Source: Acidimicrobiia bacterium
GTDB lineage: Bacteria; Actinomycetota; Acidimicrobiia; Spongiisociales; SHLN01
Direction of reading: 5' to 3'
DNA: 46,934 nucleotides
Assembly (NCBI GenBank): GCA_041619515.1
Contig: JBFKDW010000013.1
Span: 1-46,934 of the forward strand
In this document: positions 45,454 to 46,934 of the stretch, one piece after another
Numbering within the stretch: position 1 is the stretch's first letter
Layout of the letters: each line of letters begins with the position of its first letter
Translations under genes and position numbers: made by a program
Notes under the pieces: generated by a model
Databases searched by the model: none
Told to the model about the DNA's origin: nothing
The model's input: the letters and a program-made list of their open reading frames with translations, nothing else

Positions 45454-45694
45454 GTGTATGGGCTTGGATTGGTTTGGCGGCCCTGGCCGTCGGTTTGGGT
45501 GGGGCAGGGACCGCGGTGCGCGGGGGCTCCGACGTCGCCGTCCCGCGAGGCCCGCCACGACCTAACCCTTGCTTAGACGACGCAGCTTGCGACGGCGGCC
45601 GGGCCGCTGCTTGCCGCGCCGTACGACCGTAGAGTCTTTCGGCCCTACGACATCGGTCGAACGAGGCGATGCTGATCATGAGAAGGGGGATTCG

Positions 45695-46597
45695 ATGCTC
45701 GTGCGTCCCGAGGATCACTCGCGTCGGCCGGTCGCGATCCGCTGGCCGAGCATCACCGTCCTCCGGGTCTTTCTGGCGTCGTCACTCATGATATGGGGGG
45801 TGGCGCTCCGGGAAGTCACGCTTTTGCATGAGCGGGTTCCATACGTCGAAGACGGCTCGATCGCTTACTCGATTGCCTCGATCCGGGTCGAGTCGTGGTG
45901 GGCTCTCCCGGTGGCGGCGGTGGGCGCCGGGGCGCTGATGGTTCCGTGGAGAGATCTCAAGGTGCTGGTGGGATGGCCGGCGGCGGCCATCCTGACAGCT
46001 TCTGCCGGCCTCCTCATAGGATGGGTTGTTCCAGTCCAGCTCTACCGGGAAGCGACGTTCTTCGACGAAACCTCATGGGGGAACGTGGCCGTCACGATGA
46101 TCGCAAGAGTGGCACCGGCTCTCGTCTGTCTGGCGGCCGCGGTGACGATCATCTGGCGAACCGGGAGCAGGCCGGAACGATGGTTGCGGCAGCCGTTAGC
46201 GGCGGTGGCCGCGCTCGGGGCCCTGGCAACCACGTTGGTGTTGGGCTGGGCAGTGGGAATCGAGTGGGCGCGGCGACCGGGCGGGATCGACACCGTGATC
46301 AGCCTGGGCTTGCTTTGTGCACTGGCGCTGGGGATCACCGCGACGCTGGTGGTGCGACCACCCACGCCGACGGTTATCCGAGCGGAGGTGGCGCTGGGTG
46401 CCGGCTTCATCGGCCTTGCGGTTCTGGTGACGATTCCCGGTACCGCCACCGCCGCAACCTGCCTGAAATCGGGCACCCTCTCGGAATGGTTCTGTGGATA
46501 TGCGGAGCCACTTCTTGGAGCCGCTCAGTTTCTCTTCCTCACCGGCTGGGTGCTCTTCGCCCGCAGAGACCCGACCGTCGATCACGAGCCAACCTGA
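45695..46597 (+). CDS. Hypothetical polytopic membrane protein
   Basis: AAGGGGG RBS, ATG 45695, about 8 hydrophobic segments. Confidence 0.65.
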   Translation: MLVRPEDHSRRPVAIRWPSITVLRVFLASSLMIWGVALREVTLLHERVPYVEDGSIAYSIASIRVESWWALPVAAVGAGALMVPWRDLKVLVGWPAAAILTASAGLLIGWVVPVQLYREATFFDETSWGNVAVTMIARVAPALVCLAAAVTIIWRTGSRPERWLRQPLAAVAALGALATTLVLGWAVGIEWARRPGGIDTVISLGLLCALALGITATLVVRPPTPTVIRAEVALGAGFIGLAVLVTIPGTATAATCLKSGTLSEWFCGYAEPLLGAAQFLFLTGWVLFARRDPTVDHEPT

Positions 46598-46780
46598 CCA
46601 GGCGATTGCCGGGCAACTCTCGCTGGTTCGACAAGTCATGCGAGCATCCTGCGTTCCGGCGGCAGATCAGGATCATCCGACCGGACAGGGCCGTGCCTGA
46701 CCGGAGGTGCGTTCCCCACGGGTACCGGTCGTGTGACCTCCCGAGAGACTAGATCCCGGGGGAGGCGCCATCGCTCGCGA

Positions 46781-46807
46781 CAAGCCCGGGCACGAAGCCC
46801 GGGCTTG
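46781..46807 (-). terminator. Stem-loop downstream of the incoming minus-strand gene
   Basis: CAAGCCCGGGC-ACGAA-GCCCGGGCTTG. Confidence 0.6.
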
Positions 46808-46829
46808 AACGCAACCCGTCTGGGCTCGA

Positions 46830-46934
46830 CTACTTGCCGTTGGCGTGCGAGGACCAGCTGTACTCACCGATCTGGCCCCACTGCACGGCCGTGGCCACCC
46901 CGTCAACGGTCGCCACGCCAGCGGCGGACCGATA
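46830..46934 (-). CDS. 3' end of an unidentified gene (partial)
   Basis: Open frame YRSAAGVATVDGVATAVQWGQIGEYSWSSHANGK* with GC-rich third positions, followed by the hairpin. Confidence 0.5.
   Translation of the reverse strand, partial: YRSAAGVATVDGVATAVQWGQIGEYSWSSHANGK

Noticed and set aside
46598..46780. Possible structured ncRNA between convergent genes
   Set aside because: Only weak GC-rich pairing and no recognisable riboswitch or ncRNA motif; an Rfam search would be needed.

Overview
High-GC actinobacterial chromosome segment; the gene content and Thr-rich lipoproteins suggest Acidimicrobiia (inference). In order: (1) 1-9.1 kb, a cell-surface glycosylation locus with an LPG-synthase-TM/flippase-like gene, a GT4, DUF354 and five polytopic GT-C-like membrane proteins. 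(2) 9.1-21.8 kb, uvrA-methyltransferase-uvrC-ogt-rapZ-yvcK, then an inverted pair of gap genes in place of the usual whiA-gap, then pgk-tpiA-gpmA. (3) 21.8-34.6 kb, panE-like gene and two divergent peptide ABC operons. (4) 34.5-39.5 kb, two secreted beta-propellers, tautomerase, hydrolase, GNAT, secG and tRNA-Leu(GAG). (5) 39.5-46.9 kb, an accessory region. The most notable observations are a circularly permuted DppA substrate-binding protein, an intact GAPDH paralog lacking its catalytic residues and translationally coupled to the active gap, and an integrase-free run of gene segments behind tRNA-Leu delimited by repeated copies of the tRNA 3' end. A PafBC-type promoter also precedes uvrA. 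All family assignments come from motif recognition by eye; no database search was run.
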